DNA of 64,000 nucleotides from Octopus sinensis (taxonomy: Eukaryota), in NCBI RefSeq assembly GCF_006345805.1, contig NC_042998.1:10664001-10728000 (forward strand). The letters are read 5' to 3'. A program made the translations under genes and the position numbers. This document shows positions 51,721-64,000 of this stretch, one piece after another (within the stretch, counting starts at the first letter, position 1; each line of letters opens with the position of its first letter). Below the pieces are notes generated by a model that worked only from the letters and a program-made list of their open reading frames with translations, had not been told where the DNA came from and ran no database searches.

Positions 51721-52896
51721 ATAACTGTCGGATTGTGTAATCTATCTTTTGTTGGTATCATAAAAAAACGAATCTCATTCTGATGATGTTAACGAGTTGA
51801 TATAGGCGTACTTGATAGAATAAACTGTGTTTTCTAAGACATTCACTAAAACAGAAAAAAATGAAAACTCACACTGTCTATGAAGGGGACTTAACTGACT
51901 CGCCTGTTATTTTAGCCATCTACTTAATCTGGATATGAGATTCAGAACATAAGACGGCGGATGAGTAAGCAGAAGAGAAAAATTTTCAGGCAATTTTGTT
52001 GAACAGAAATCTAACACATGATCACTTAACCCAGTGAAAAAAAGCAGCTAAATCTCTTAAGCCACACCCTAACGTCTTAATAAAGGCTATATTAAAAATG
52101 TATTTTTAATATAGACCTTTCACCATTGTTTTGTTCAGATACGACATGATATAAAACAACTAAATTTACTTCCAACCATTTAAGGAAAGTCACAACCTGG
52201 GGGCTTGATCTGATAAATATATCAGCCAAATTGTCTTCAATATATATAACGACTTGTCTTCAATTAGGAAAGGACATATTTGAGAATGCAGTCCTGCATA
52301 AACAAACAAGCAAGGTAGTATATCGACACAAAACCACCTATCTATAGAAATATACACACATATCCCAGCCATATCTACACATACAACAACCTATACAGTA
52401 GTTATAGAACAGTGAGAATGATTGCTCAATACTGCATTTGGTGGATAAACATTAATAGTGCTCTCAATGGAAGTTATTTCATGTGAAATAACTTTCTACA
52501 TTTCTTGAAGCATCTATTTAAAAACTTTGGCAGTCGCATCCGTTTTGGATGAGACTATATGAGAGTACACAAGATGATACGAAACTTGAAAGTTTGTAGA
52601 TACGCAGATAAGGGAAGGCAACTTCTTCAGGGATTTCAAATTGAGCTGGCGTGTATGAAGTGAATACCTAAAGGCAAGAACATAGGAGATGGACATAAGG
52701 GGTGTTGGAGGTCGGCAGTGAGGCCAAGAACGAAAGACCATGGTTGGTTGGACACCGGTCACGTGGAATGTGGAGAGAAGGATTAGTGGGGTAGCGGGAT
52801 TGAAGAATCAGAAAAAGAAATCAAAGAGACAAAGGGAAAGGTACAGGGGTGATAAACGAGGAGGAAAAGTGGGAGTTAAAGAATGTGAGGGCCAAG

Positions 52897-52933
<37 letters not shown>

Positions 52934-53599
52934 TGAAACTCAAGAGTACCAACGAATTTGAATGAAATTATTTTGATCCATACACGTAACTTGCCAGTAC
53001 TGACAGATCTCAACATTACAATGAAATATAATATAATTAATTGAATTAACCCTAATAGGTGTGACAACTTAAAAGATAACTAAGGAATGACTCACCTGAT
53101 GGGACAATTCAATCAGCGGCAGGTGCTTCGAACAAATCGTTTTGCTTGTCTATATTTAGCTTCAAACCTAAACAGAATCAATGTAGTTGTCTATTAATTA
53201 GTATTTGTTGAGCTGAGCTAAGATGTTAAACGATGTTTGCTTCTCGATTCAATTCGAATACATATACCCGTTCTTTATGATTGTGTGTTCATGTTTTAAT
53301 GTAAGAAATCAACTTACTAATACCACATACCCCTTTCTTCCCCGTTCACACATCTACATACTAAATTTATGCGCAAACTTACTCGCACTTAATGGCTGTC
53401 ATTTAAAAATAATTTTTCTTAAATTCTAATTAAAATGTAAAATTTGTTAAGCTTGTCAGAAGCATCAAAACGATATTAATATCTTAACATTAAAAATACA
53501 AAAAAAGAAACATAGGAGACAAAAAAATAAAGTTCTGATTTCTTCCCATCTGCTCTTGGTTACCCGATATGTCGTCTGCTCTTTCCATTTGGGTCTGTG

Positions 53600-53649
53600 A
53601 TACGATACGTCTTCACTCAACGCGTCGCAACACACACACACGCGCACAC

Positions 53650-53711
<62 letters not shown>

Positions 53712-53861
53712 TCTCTCTTTATTTCACTCTTTTACTACTCACTCCTTCTCCCCAGATGTCAGTCACACTCCTTTTTCTCTCTTCATCGGTTCTCATTTTC
53801 TGTTACTGATTCCACATACCACATGTACATACATACACACATACATACATACATACATACA

Positions 53862-53895
<34 letters not shown>

Positions 53896-53939
53896 CATAC
53901 ATACATACATACATATATACATACATACATATATATACA

Positions 53940-53971
<32 letters not shown>

Positions 53972-54060
53972 CATACATACAGATAGACATGCATACATAT
54001 ATGCATATATTCATGCATATGTGCATATAAGCATGCATGCATACTTGCATACATGCATAC
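53600..54060. repeat. (CA)n and (CATA)n microsatellites
   Basis: Directly visible. Confidence 0.93.
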
Positions 54061-54229
54061 AGTCTTGTTGAGGTTACACGCAAGGATATGCAGAAGGGAG
54101 AAAAATTATTGTTATACGTACCTTTGAACTAAAGCTGATTTCAGGTAGCATTCAAGACTACTAGAGTCAGAGTAGGTCACAACTTTCTCACGGGACTTAA
54201 AAATGGAATTTGATCAGTATAAATGTTCA

Positions 54230-55590
54230 TTTTTCTTTACAGTTGTCAGTCAAGAAAAGATTGTTGACTAGCGAAGGAATATGGTTGACGGATGCAAATG
54301 GCATTGGGGAATTTATAAAAATATTGCATACGTTGACGTTGTGTGTAAAGATAAAGTGACAAACGAGAACTTCAGGAGACGTCGAAATGTATGGAAGACA
54401 AAGCTGTTAGCATTCAATAAAATTATACCACTTAATGCTTTTGCAGTGCCACTATCAGTACCAATTGGGGATAATAGACTGGACATTTGAAGAGATATGC
54501 AACTTGAATATCAAGTTTAAGAACATTCGACCATCACTGGTAACTTCCACGTGAACTCTGTCACTAAAAGGGTCTATGTTAAATGGCGGATGGAAGTAGA
54601 GACATAATAATGATCCAGATGGCTTTTGAGGGCTACATTGCGTCAATTAGTGAACACCTGCTGAACAGCCAAGGGAGATATGTGCAGTCATCAGTGAATA
54701 TGATAACATCTGGAAACTAGATGAATAACTCCTGAACGGATACATATGAAACAGATACGACTTGCCCATCAGAACAAAGGGCAGCAGAATTAACTTATTA
54801 GAACAAAAGTGGGAGGCGATACATTTATCATATCTGCAGGAAGTTATGCATGTTAAAGGCTATCACGATCTTTGGGAGGAAAGAAGAATCTCCCTAGCAT
54901 CTGTGCTAGATTAATCACCTTCCACCAGAGAATGCGTATTCGTTATCCAAGAACAGAAAATCGCAGCAATAAAACATGAAAAATCCCCGATGCCTGTTTG
55001 TTGCGATAGAAAATATCGATTGTGTTACACCTATATGGAAGATATGGCCCATATTATCGGTAGCTGCCCCAAAATATCAGCAAGATATCACATTGCATGA
55101 GCTATGGTTGTTGTCAAAATTACGATACTATCCAGATAAAGTATTGTTTTGAGGATCATTTAAGTTCATCAGAAACAATGTATCTGTAGCATTAGAAATT
55201 CAGAAGACTCTTCGAACGTTTCAACGAAAAGAGTATTCGGTGTCATAGAAGTAAGCTTATTTATAAAATATAGCTCTTGTACCCGGTTCTAGATTTTCAT
55301 TTATACCTACTATCACAATTGTGCTTTGCTATGCAAGTAGATATTTGTACAACATCCTGAAAGTTCTATGATTTTCCAAGAAAGAACGAAACGAAATGTT
55401 TCACATCCTAAGCATCAAATTGATAACAGCAAAGATTTGTGGCAGCGAAGATATGAAAAGATTCTCCATTGAGTTACCTAGAATGAGTATATTCACAGAA
55501 TCAAGCGTGTGTATATGGCGTGGACGCAAAACATACTGAGAAAAATAATCATATACATTTGTGTACGAAATAGATGTATGTACTCCTTAT
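54230..55590 (+). mobile_element. Older R4/Dong-like LINE 3' fragment
   Basis: NVWKTKLLAFNKII...AFAVP, DWTFEEI, VIQEQ, FSFIPTITIVLCY...FSKKERNE parallel 24860-26100. Confidence 0.75.
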
Positions 55591-56179
55591 CACGTGATCA
55601 CGTGACCGACCAGTCCATCAGATGTAGTTACACATCGCTGGTCACAATGCGTTCGCATTGTTTTAGCCTTCGAATGACGCCACCCCGCTGGCTAAGCAAG
55701 CAGGCCAACAGAAGAAAGAGTGGTGAAAGAGTACAGCAGGGATCACCACCATCCCCGCCGGAGCCTCGTGGAGCTTTTAGGTGTTTTCGCTCAATAAACA
55801 CTCACAACGCCCGGTCTGGGAATCGAAACCGCGATCCCACGACCGCGAGTCCGCTGCCCTAACCACTGGGCCGTTGCGCCTCCTTTTCATTTATACCTAC
55901 TATCACAATTGTGCTTTGCTATGCAAGTACATATTTGTACAACATCCTGAAAGTTCTATGATTTTCCAAGAAAGAACGAAACGAACTGTTTCACACCCTA
56001 AGCTTCAAATTGATAACAGCAAAGATTTGTTGCAGCAAAGATATGAAAAGATTCTCCATTGAGTTACCTAGAATGTGTATATTCACAGAATCAAGCGTGT
56101 ATATATGGCGTGGACGCAAAACATACTGAGAAAAATAATCATACACTTTGTGTACGAAAGAGATGTATGTACTCATTAT
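55294..56179. repeat. ~296-bp direct duplication (55294-55590, 55884-56179) precisely flanking a SINE
   Basis: About 12 differences by eye (~96% identity). Confidence 0.95.
55591..55883 (-). mobile_element. SINE with head B joined to tail F
   Basis: Head nearly identical to 13163-13330; different body ending in (CACGTGAT)2. Confidence 0.9.
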
Positions 56180-56190
56180 ACAAGTGCAAA

Positions 56191-56426
56191 GGCGGCGCGC
56201 TGGCAGAAACGTTAGCACGCCGGGCGAAATGCATTGCCGTATTTCGTCTGCCGTTACGTTCCGAGTTCAAATTTCGCCGAGGTCGACTTTGCCTTTCATC
56301 CTTCCGGGGTCGATAAATTAAGTACCAGTTACGCACTGGGGTCGATGTAATCGACTTAATCCGTTTGTCTGTCCTTGTTTGTCTCATCTGTGTTTAGCCC
56401 CTTGTGGGTAGTAAAGAAATATATAT
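56191..56426 (+). mobile_element. SINE group C (tail C1)
   Basis: 9-bp TSD AAGTGCAAA (56182-56190, 56427-56435). Confidence 0.9.
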
Positions 56427-57148
56427 AAGTGCAAATATATCCTCACATATACCTACTTATATGCATACATCAACGCATTGACATAGTGCTATACCCTGGG
56501 AGTTGTTTCGCCGAACGATTACCTCGTTTTCATTCTGTTAAGGTTTATTAACAACATTCTGTGCCTGTTACAGCCGCCCCCTAGTAAGAAGAGTTTCTAC
56601 TCAAATAGTTTACTTTCTTCGAACATTTTTATGGAGCTGTTTTCATTCTTCCTTCAATCATAGACATAATCTCAATTCCTTTTGCATTTATCGTCTTATA
56701 TATTTTAGTTTCTCATTTGTTCTATTCTACTTTGTTTTTGTAATTCTCAACAAACTAAGTGGCTGCTTGATGCTTGTTTTATTGCTGGTTGCATGGCGCT
56801 ACATTATAAGTGACTCTAAACCTCATGACTAAAGAAATATCTTGGTAATTTGTTTGTGGTCGACTTAGAGTCTTCTCATACCTACATAGACACAGACACT
56901 CGAAAATTTACACACGCACATTTAGACACTCACAAATCTTTATAAGTAACTGAAGTGTATGAGGTATCTATAAGCATTTCTATGCAAATGTTATACAAAA
57001 AAAAAAAAAAACGGCTTTAAATTTCACGAAAGGAAAGAGTTTTATTCTAAAAAGTTCTTTTCATAAGATAAAAAGAATGAAAAGAATATTATACTTTAGA
57101 TTCAAAAATTTAAATTTTAGACATTTAAAATGGTAAAACTGAATGCTT

Positions 57149-57550
57149 TACTCTCTCTCTCTTTTACTTGTTTCAGTCATTTTTGACTGCGGCCATGCTG
57201 GAGCACCGCCTTTAGTCGAGCAAATCGACCCCGGGACTTATTATTTGTAAGCCCAGTACTTATTCTATCGGTCTCTTTTGCCGAACCGCTAAGTGACGGG
57301 GACGTAAACGCACCAGCATCGGTTGTCAAGCAATGCTAGGGGGACAAACACACACACATACACATATATACATATATATACATATATACGACAGGCTTCT
57401 TTCAGTTTCCGTCTACCAAATCCACTCACAAGGTATTGGTCGGCTCGAGGCTATAGCAGAAGACACTTGCCCAAGATGCCACGCAGTGGGACTGGACCCG
57501 GAACCATGTGGTTGGTTAGCAAGCTACTTACCACACAGCCACTCCTGCGC
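57149..57550 (-). mobile_element. SINE group A copy
   Basis: Full-length reverse complement. Confidence 0.9.
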
Positions 57551-58440
57551 CTATTTATTTACTTCTCCCAAGGAATTCTTTCTACTCATGCTGGGATGCG
57601 AAGCTCTAATCATACTGGGATGCGAACTCAGTACTGCAAGATAACCGAATGCTTTTTAAAGTGCTCATATTGATTAGAACAGTAAAAGTGCTAAATACCA
57701 AATTATAATAAGTACAACTAAGTGAACCAAAATAGCGAAAATGAAGCATTTTGTTTTTAAATTAAACAAACAAATCTGAACTTATAAATAATTTAGGAAA
57801 CAAAGTTGGTTTTATAAACGAAAGGAAATACGATTGTGTGCTGTTCAAAAATTTCCACAAGAGCATTAAATACAAAAATGATATAAAATAATTATTGACT
57901 GAATCTAATTCATAGTGATCACTCAAAAACAGAATTTAATTGGAAATCATTACTGTGTAAATAGTTACGCATATTCAATTTTGATTGTTTTTTGTTTTTG
58001 CAATAATTCATTCACCTAATTTATTTTTCATTTATTTATAAATATAAAAAAAAGTCACTGTGTGTTACAAATGAACTAACTGAAAATCACTAAGTGTGGG
58101 GTTAAACTATCACCAGTGCACGGTACTTTCTGCAGCTCGCCAACTTATCCATATCTGTTTACTAACTGACGGATATACCTCTATTTAAAGAGGTGACAGT
58201 ACTGAAAAGTTACGGAATATCTTTTTTTTTCTTTTTTTGGCTTGCAGTACTAACTTGAACTTCTTTAATGGGTGTGAGCTTAGATCGGAAAGGGATGGAA
58301 TCCTTATGTTAACGAATTTTCAGTATTGCCAGTCACGTCGAATGTTATGAGCATCATTTATTGAAAAAACTAAGGCAAGAATTAGTTAAGTTTTTGTTAG
58401 AGCGCCATTCATGTCAATGTATATATATATATTTATAAAT

Positions 58441-58632
58441 GTGGAAGCGCGTGGCTTAGTGGTAGGGTGTTCTTGAGCACAACACTTCATTTCACGTTGC
58501 TCCAGTCCACTCAGCTGGCAAAAATGAGTAACGCTGCGATGGACTACAGTCCCGTCCAGCTGGGGAACACATACCCTATAGAAACCGGGAAACCGGGCCC
58601 ATGGACCTGGCTAGGCTTTAAAAGGGCGCATT
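58441..58632 (+). mobile_element. SINE with head D (B-box deleted) and a V-domain-like tail
   Basis: TGGCTTAGTGG A-box; CTGCGATGGACTAC.GTCCCGTCCAG...GAAACCGGG resembles the V-SINE segment (from recall). Confidence 0.7.
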
Positions 58633-59124
58633 TATTTTTATATTTTTATATACATATATATATACATACATATATATATATATACATATATATATATACA
58701 TATATATACATACACATATATATCATACGTTTGTCCTAAACGTCCGTGCTTATTTTCAGACTTTTAGTTAACCCTTGTTTTGTACGTTGTAACTAATATA
58801 CAGCTTTCCTTTCGTAAGTCTCAAGTTAATCTGGCTGTTGATAAACTAGGAATGTGTATCACATATGATGTATGGACGCCGAGGAAATATGTCCTGTGTA
58901 TCATACGTGATGTACAAGACAGGCAAATTGTTAATGTCCTGTTTAAGGTAATAAACCAACGCTATGAAAGTCTATTTAAAGTAAGAACTGACGGATTATT
59001 TAGTTGGAGTATTAGAGTAAATATTCTCTTTAAAAGTAGAAAAAACTGATAATGTTTAAGAAATGAAATCCAGAGGCTGTTTGTTTGAATGAATGATGAG
59101 ATTCAATATAAAAGTAAATATAGT

Positions 59125-59289
59125 CGCAGGAGTGGCTGTGTGGTAAGTAGCTTGTTTACCAACCACATGGTTCCGGGTTCAGTCCCACTGCGTGGCACCT
59201 TGGGCAAGTGTTTTCTACTATAGCCTCGGGCCGACCAAAGCCTTGTGAGTGGATTTGGTAGATAGAAACTGAAAGAAGCCCGTCGTATA

Positions 59290-59358
<69 letters not shown>

Positions 59359-59835
59359 GTGTGTTTGTATGTCTGTGTTTGTCCCCCTAGTATTGCTTGA
59401 CAACCGATGCTGGTGTGGTTATGTCCCCGTCACTTAGCGGTTCGGCAAAAGAGACCGATATAATAAGTACTGGGCTTACAAAGAATAAGTCCCGGGGTCG
59501 ATTTGCTCGACTAAAGGCGGTGCTCCAGCATGGCCGCAGTCAAATGACTGAAACAAGTAAAAGAGTAAAAGAGTAAAGAGTATAGATTTGCTCGACTAAA
59601 GACGGTGCTCCAGCATGGCCGCAGTCAAATGACTGAAACAAGTAAAAGAGTAAAAGAGTAAAGAGTATAGATTTGCTCGACTAAAGGCGGTGCTCCAGCA
59701 TGGCCGCACTCAAATGACTGAAACAAGTAAAAGAGTAAAAGAGTAAAGAGTATAGATTTGCTCGACTAAAGGCGGTGCTCCAGCATGGCCGCAGTCAAAT
59801 GACTGAAACAAGTAAAAGAGTAAAGAGTAAAAGAG
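59125..59835 (+). mobile_element. SINE group A copy with its 3'-terminal 85 bp repeated four times
   Basis: GATTTGCTCG unit starts at 59500, 59585, 59670 and 59755; possible TSD TATAGT at 59119-59124 and 59836-59841. Confidence 0.92.
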
Positions 59836-60224
59836 TATAGTTGTCTGGAAAAGTCTGGATAGAAATTCTACCGAGCTCAACTATGTTTTTGGTACTTTCA
59901 ATAAAGTACTAATCAAGTATCAGAGTTTATCCTTTTCTCTCTTCCCCTATCCTCTCTCTGTTTCACGAAATTGGCTAAATATATTTTGGGGGATTTCCCT
60001 TAAAAAAAAATACTAATATCAAAGTATGATGCTGAATGCTATAGAGGCCTTTTGACTTTTACAAGAACCTGAGAAGAAAACGTAAATAGATATTTATGGC
60101 CTTAATTCTTATGAACTGTTGCCTCACAAATCACTTGTAGACAACTTTGAAAAAGGTTTAAAATACTTAATTTCGAACGTTGACTTTAGAACGATATTTA
60201 TTGACTTCCAAAATGATTTATCCA

Positions 60225-60562
60225 TTGGTTTCAAATTTTTCACAAGGCCAGCAATTTTGGGAGTGGCGTTAAGTGAATTACATCGACCCCAGTGCTCCGA
60301 AAGTATGAAAGGCAAAGTCCGACTTGCGCGGAGTTTGAACTTAGAACGTAGAAATAGACGAAATGACGCCAAGCATTTTGTCCGGCGTGCTAACGATTCT
60401 GCCAACGCGCCGCCTTACCGATTTCTAATATTGATTTCCAATTTTTGCACAAGGCCAGCAATTTCAGGGATGGAGTAAGTCGATTGCGTCGACCCCAGTA
60501 CTCAACTGGTACTTATTTTATCGAACCCCGAAAGGATGAAAGGCAAACTCAACCTCGGCAGA
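60225..60562 (-). mobile_element. Two adjacent SINE group C pieces with tail C3 (60225-60415, 60440-60562)
   Basis: Group C head and body with AATTGCTGGCCTTGTG tail. Confidence 0.75.
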
Positions 60563-61283
60563 AGAAAGGATTTCTAACATTACCAATTCGTATCTACTGC
60601 TGGTACCTTTGAAAGTTTGGCATAGCATAAAGAATTTAACGTGATCTAGGAAGTCCATTTCCTGTCACAGATTCGAATATTTCTAAAAACAAAATCTAGA
60701 TAAGAAATAAAGTCTATGGAGTTGTAGTAGTCTTCCAGACTTATGACTGAAACACATCTGGCATCGTAAGAGATGCCGTCAAAATCGAAAGATTCAAAAC
60801 TGCTTTGCACTAAATGAATATGTTAAAACCCAGAAGGTGAAACCAAGTTGATGCAAGCTAAATAAATAACGGCAGCCCAAGTCATATTAACATCCTGGTT
60901 TACTTTTAATCAACAGTTTGTGATCTAGGTTAGATAAGAACCATCTGGTGGAAAGAATTACCTTGTGAGTGGAAAACTGCAGAAGCACAACGTGTTCACA
61001 CTGACACAGACACACACACGCATGCAAGCACGCACACATATACATTAAGATGGTTATTCGCAATTCACAACCGAAAGGCGCAAATATAGTGACTAAAGTG
61101 ACTGAGGGTGCTAGTCAACACCAACATTGCTAGAAATAGGAGTCAAAACAACTCTTATCCACGTGAGAGCACTTCTCTAACGACTGGCATTTATATGCAT
61201 GTATTTCTTTGTATATGTGTGAGGGCGTTTGTGTGGGTATACAGATACACACGCATACATATCTACACACACACACACACACG

Positions 61284-61323
<40 letters not shown>

Positions 61324-61325
<2 letters not shown>

Positions 61326-61740
61326 CTCTTTCTCTTTTACTCTTTTACTTGTTTCAGTCATTTGACTGCGGCCATGCTGGAGCACCGCCTTTAATCGAGC
61401 AACTCGACCCCGGGACTTATTCTTTGTAAGCCCAGTACTTATTCTATCGGTCTCTTTTGCCGAACCGCTAAGTGACGGGGACATAAACACACCAGCATCG
61501 GTTGTCAAGCAATGCTAGGGGGACAAACACAGACACACAAACATACACGCACACATATATATATATATACATATATACGACGGGCTTCTTTCAGTTTCCG
61601 TCTACCAAATCCACTCACAAGACTTTGGTCGGCCCGAGGCTATAGTGGAAGACACTTGCCCAAGATTCCACGCAATGGGACCGAACCCGGAACCATGTGG
61701 TTGGTAAGCAAGCTACTTACCACACAGCCACTCCTGCGCC
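61324..61740 (-). mobile_element. SINE group A copy
   Basis: Full-length reverse complement. Confidence 0.9.
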
Positions 61741-62039
61741 TATATATATACATAAATAAATATATAATGACCTGATACACAACGCCATTAGATTTTTCTT
61801 CCTTTTCGTTACTGTAGCTCTCTAGACTTCGAGCATATTCTCGAAATATGAGTGTTACTTCTATTTCCTTTCTTTGTCACCAACAGTCAAAGTAATAATA
61901 ATTGTGCTTCATTCAGTTTCCCGTAGTGCTATTCTAGTTGTTGATTATAAACAAACGCGCATACATATACAGATAGGTAGATAAATGAAAGAAAAGGTAT
62001 TTAACTCATAATAGTGGTGATTAATAATGTTAATTATCA

Positions 62040-62500
62040 GGTCGAACCAGCCCTGCGTTACTATAAGTTCCATAGGAACCGACTGCAGGATCAAAATATG
62101 GAAAATTAATGATGGCTTCTAAATGAGAACATATTGTGCATATTGTGATCTCCATTGGTCATTTCAGGTCACGTGAATAGACTTATAAAACTGTGACAAC
62201 AAGTATTCAAGGATGTCAGGTCGAGTCGAAGTAACCTTTCTGGATGTATCAGTTTGCATACTTCCTGGGGCGTCACGTATTAATGTGAGCGTGATGTATT
62301 TCTAACTAAGCACTGATAGGCCACAACGATAACATGTGGAAGGGAAATAATCTCACCGTGGGGAATCTGGGATTGTTTATCCAACAATTGTCATAGGTCA
62401 ACCAAGGTTAAGGTAGTCTTTTCAGAGCATCAACGGGTAATAGTTTGTAGTTCAACAACAGGGTAAATCTTTGGTGACAGCAATATAATACGTCAGTTTC
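62040..62500 (-). mobile_element. Possible very old L1/Tx1-like RT remnant
   Basis: TLLLNYKLL...IQKGYFDS spacing resembles LINE RT motifs; many stops. Confidence 0.3.
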
Positions 62501-63699
62501 TCTGTTAATGGGTTTGCATGTTGTTGCAATATTTGTAATTTTACACGGAGGCAAATGTGAAAATTGCGAACTGCAGATAAGTAGTGAGAGAATATGATGT
62601 CGCGGAAGTAGTTTCCATGGTCTCGGAGTGTGTTTATTTACCCAGAAATTGTGTTCATGCCAACTCGAGTAAAGGTGGTCTAATCAGCGAGTAATGCTTT
62701 GAAGCTCATTAGCAGCACATATAATTGTTGGCAACAGCATAATAGATCTATTTTTCTCTGGGTGGCATGCATAGCCTGTTGCAACATGTGCAGTTTCTCC
62801 CGGGGGCAGAGTTGAAAATGAGGAAAGGGCGTATGATTAGTGAAGGTTTTATTAAGGATACTTCATAAGATGATGGGTGAATAGTTTTCATAGTCTCCAG
62901 ATAACGCAGAGAGTTGAAGTTTTCTCAGTCCCTGCAGCTGAAGAAGTGATAATGTGTAACTCTTCCTTTGAAATCATTGGCTGCCATATCCCTTTCATAT
63001 TTCGTGATACCATTGGACAGTCTTAGGATAGCTCTATAATACACAGTCTTTGTGAATTAGACTTGGAGGTAAAGTTTTCCCAATTCTCATACCCGGAGGA
63101 GCGCTGACGTTGGGTAAAATTTTCTTTGAATCGTTAACTGTTAGATACTTGTGATACCCTTAGATGGTGTGAAAGTAGCGCTATAAATAACAGCTTTTAA
63201 GTGGCAGAATATATCTAATTGACAAATAGGAATTGCAGTAATTGGGGTATGATGTGGAATATGTCTGTACCTTGCTGTCCTCTTGTGGTATAGGATCTTA
63301 GAAGCGATAATAATTAAGCATAAGCTGATAACCTACACGTTATGGGCATTATCAATGGTACGATACTTATGGAAAACCTTTCTAATTAGGGAGAGGACGT
63401 TTCTAGCTATGCTAGTGTACTTATATATCCCGACTGAATGAAAAATTCGACCAAACTACCCTTCTCTTTCAAACTCCATTCGGGTTTACAGGGGCGTGTG
63501 GATCCTCTAAATTTACTAACTTATCGATTTAGCCACTATGTGTCGTGTTATAATGGAATGCGGCCCCATTGAAGATCTCACTTTGTCCGCTGATAGTCTG
63601 AAGATTCTGTTGCAACTGCTTCTGACATGGTTTCTAATTACAGCCGGATGATCATTGGAATACCTATGGATAGAAACAGTTTCATTGTTACTCTACCTT

Positions 63700-63960
63700 T
63701 GGTTGTCTACGGATAGTATTTGCTTGTCTTGTGGTTTAGAGTGACACTCAGTAAGTTGGTCGTTGGTAAATTGATAGCAACAGTTATATGCAGGCCGACT
63801 TTTTTAAAGATATTTATAAGATACTTTTTAAAAATTAACATAGCGTGATCGTTCATATCGTTTGAAACTGCTTGGCCGTCGTCCCTATACACGATCGAAC
63901 CGTGTGGATGTGCACATTTTTCTGAGTACACAGGATGAATAACCTGACGAAGTTAGAGGT
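63700..63960 (-). mobile_element. Penelope-like element RT fragment
   Basis: YRDDGQAV...FKKYLINIFKKVGLHITVAINL...NLLSVTLN...YYP, typical of the PLE YRDD region. Confidence 0.8.
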
Positions 63961-64000
63961 CGTAACATCCTCGACGCCCAATCAGCAGATTCGCTTTCGT

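Noticed and set aside
52400-52762. Possible L1/Tx1 RT remnant on the minus strand (PLMSISYVLA...IVSS)
   Set aside because: The catalytic YADD is not recognisable and the similarity is too weak without a profile search.
59500-59835. Regularly spaced repeats resembling a CRISPR array
   Set aside because: Head-to-tail 85-bp units with no unique spacers, derived from a SINE tail in eukaryotic DNA.

Overview
AT-rich, microsatellite-saturated eukaryotic DNA that reads as intronic or intergenic. The SINE, microsatellite and retroelement mix suggests a coleoid cephalopod, probably Octopus (inference). No intact host gene was recognised. The window holds decayed mobile elements: four tRNA-headed SINE groups (about 22 copies or fragments), two RTE-clade LINE pieces, five R4/Dong-like (restriction-like endonuclease) LINE pieces and several Penelope-like element (PLE) RT or GIY-YIG pieces. 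It also has three mariner pieces, a Chapaev3/CMC-like transposase remnant, a Helitron helicase remnant and two non-autonomous Helitrons. The most interesting signal is a set of minimal type-I hammerhead-ribozyme folds with self-complementary stem III. They carry recurring non-canonical cores (U3-A8 covariant, CCGANGA, CUGUNGA), and several sit inside long inverted repeats. Also notable: head/tail module shuffling among SINEs, a SINE tail matching the 3' stem-loop of the RTE LINE, and a SINE flanked by a ~296-bp direct duplication. Coordinates of decayed elements are approximate. All family names come from motifs recognised by eye, with no database search.
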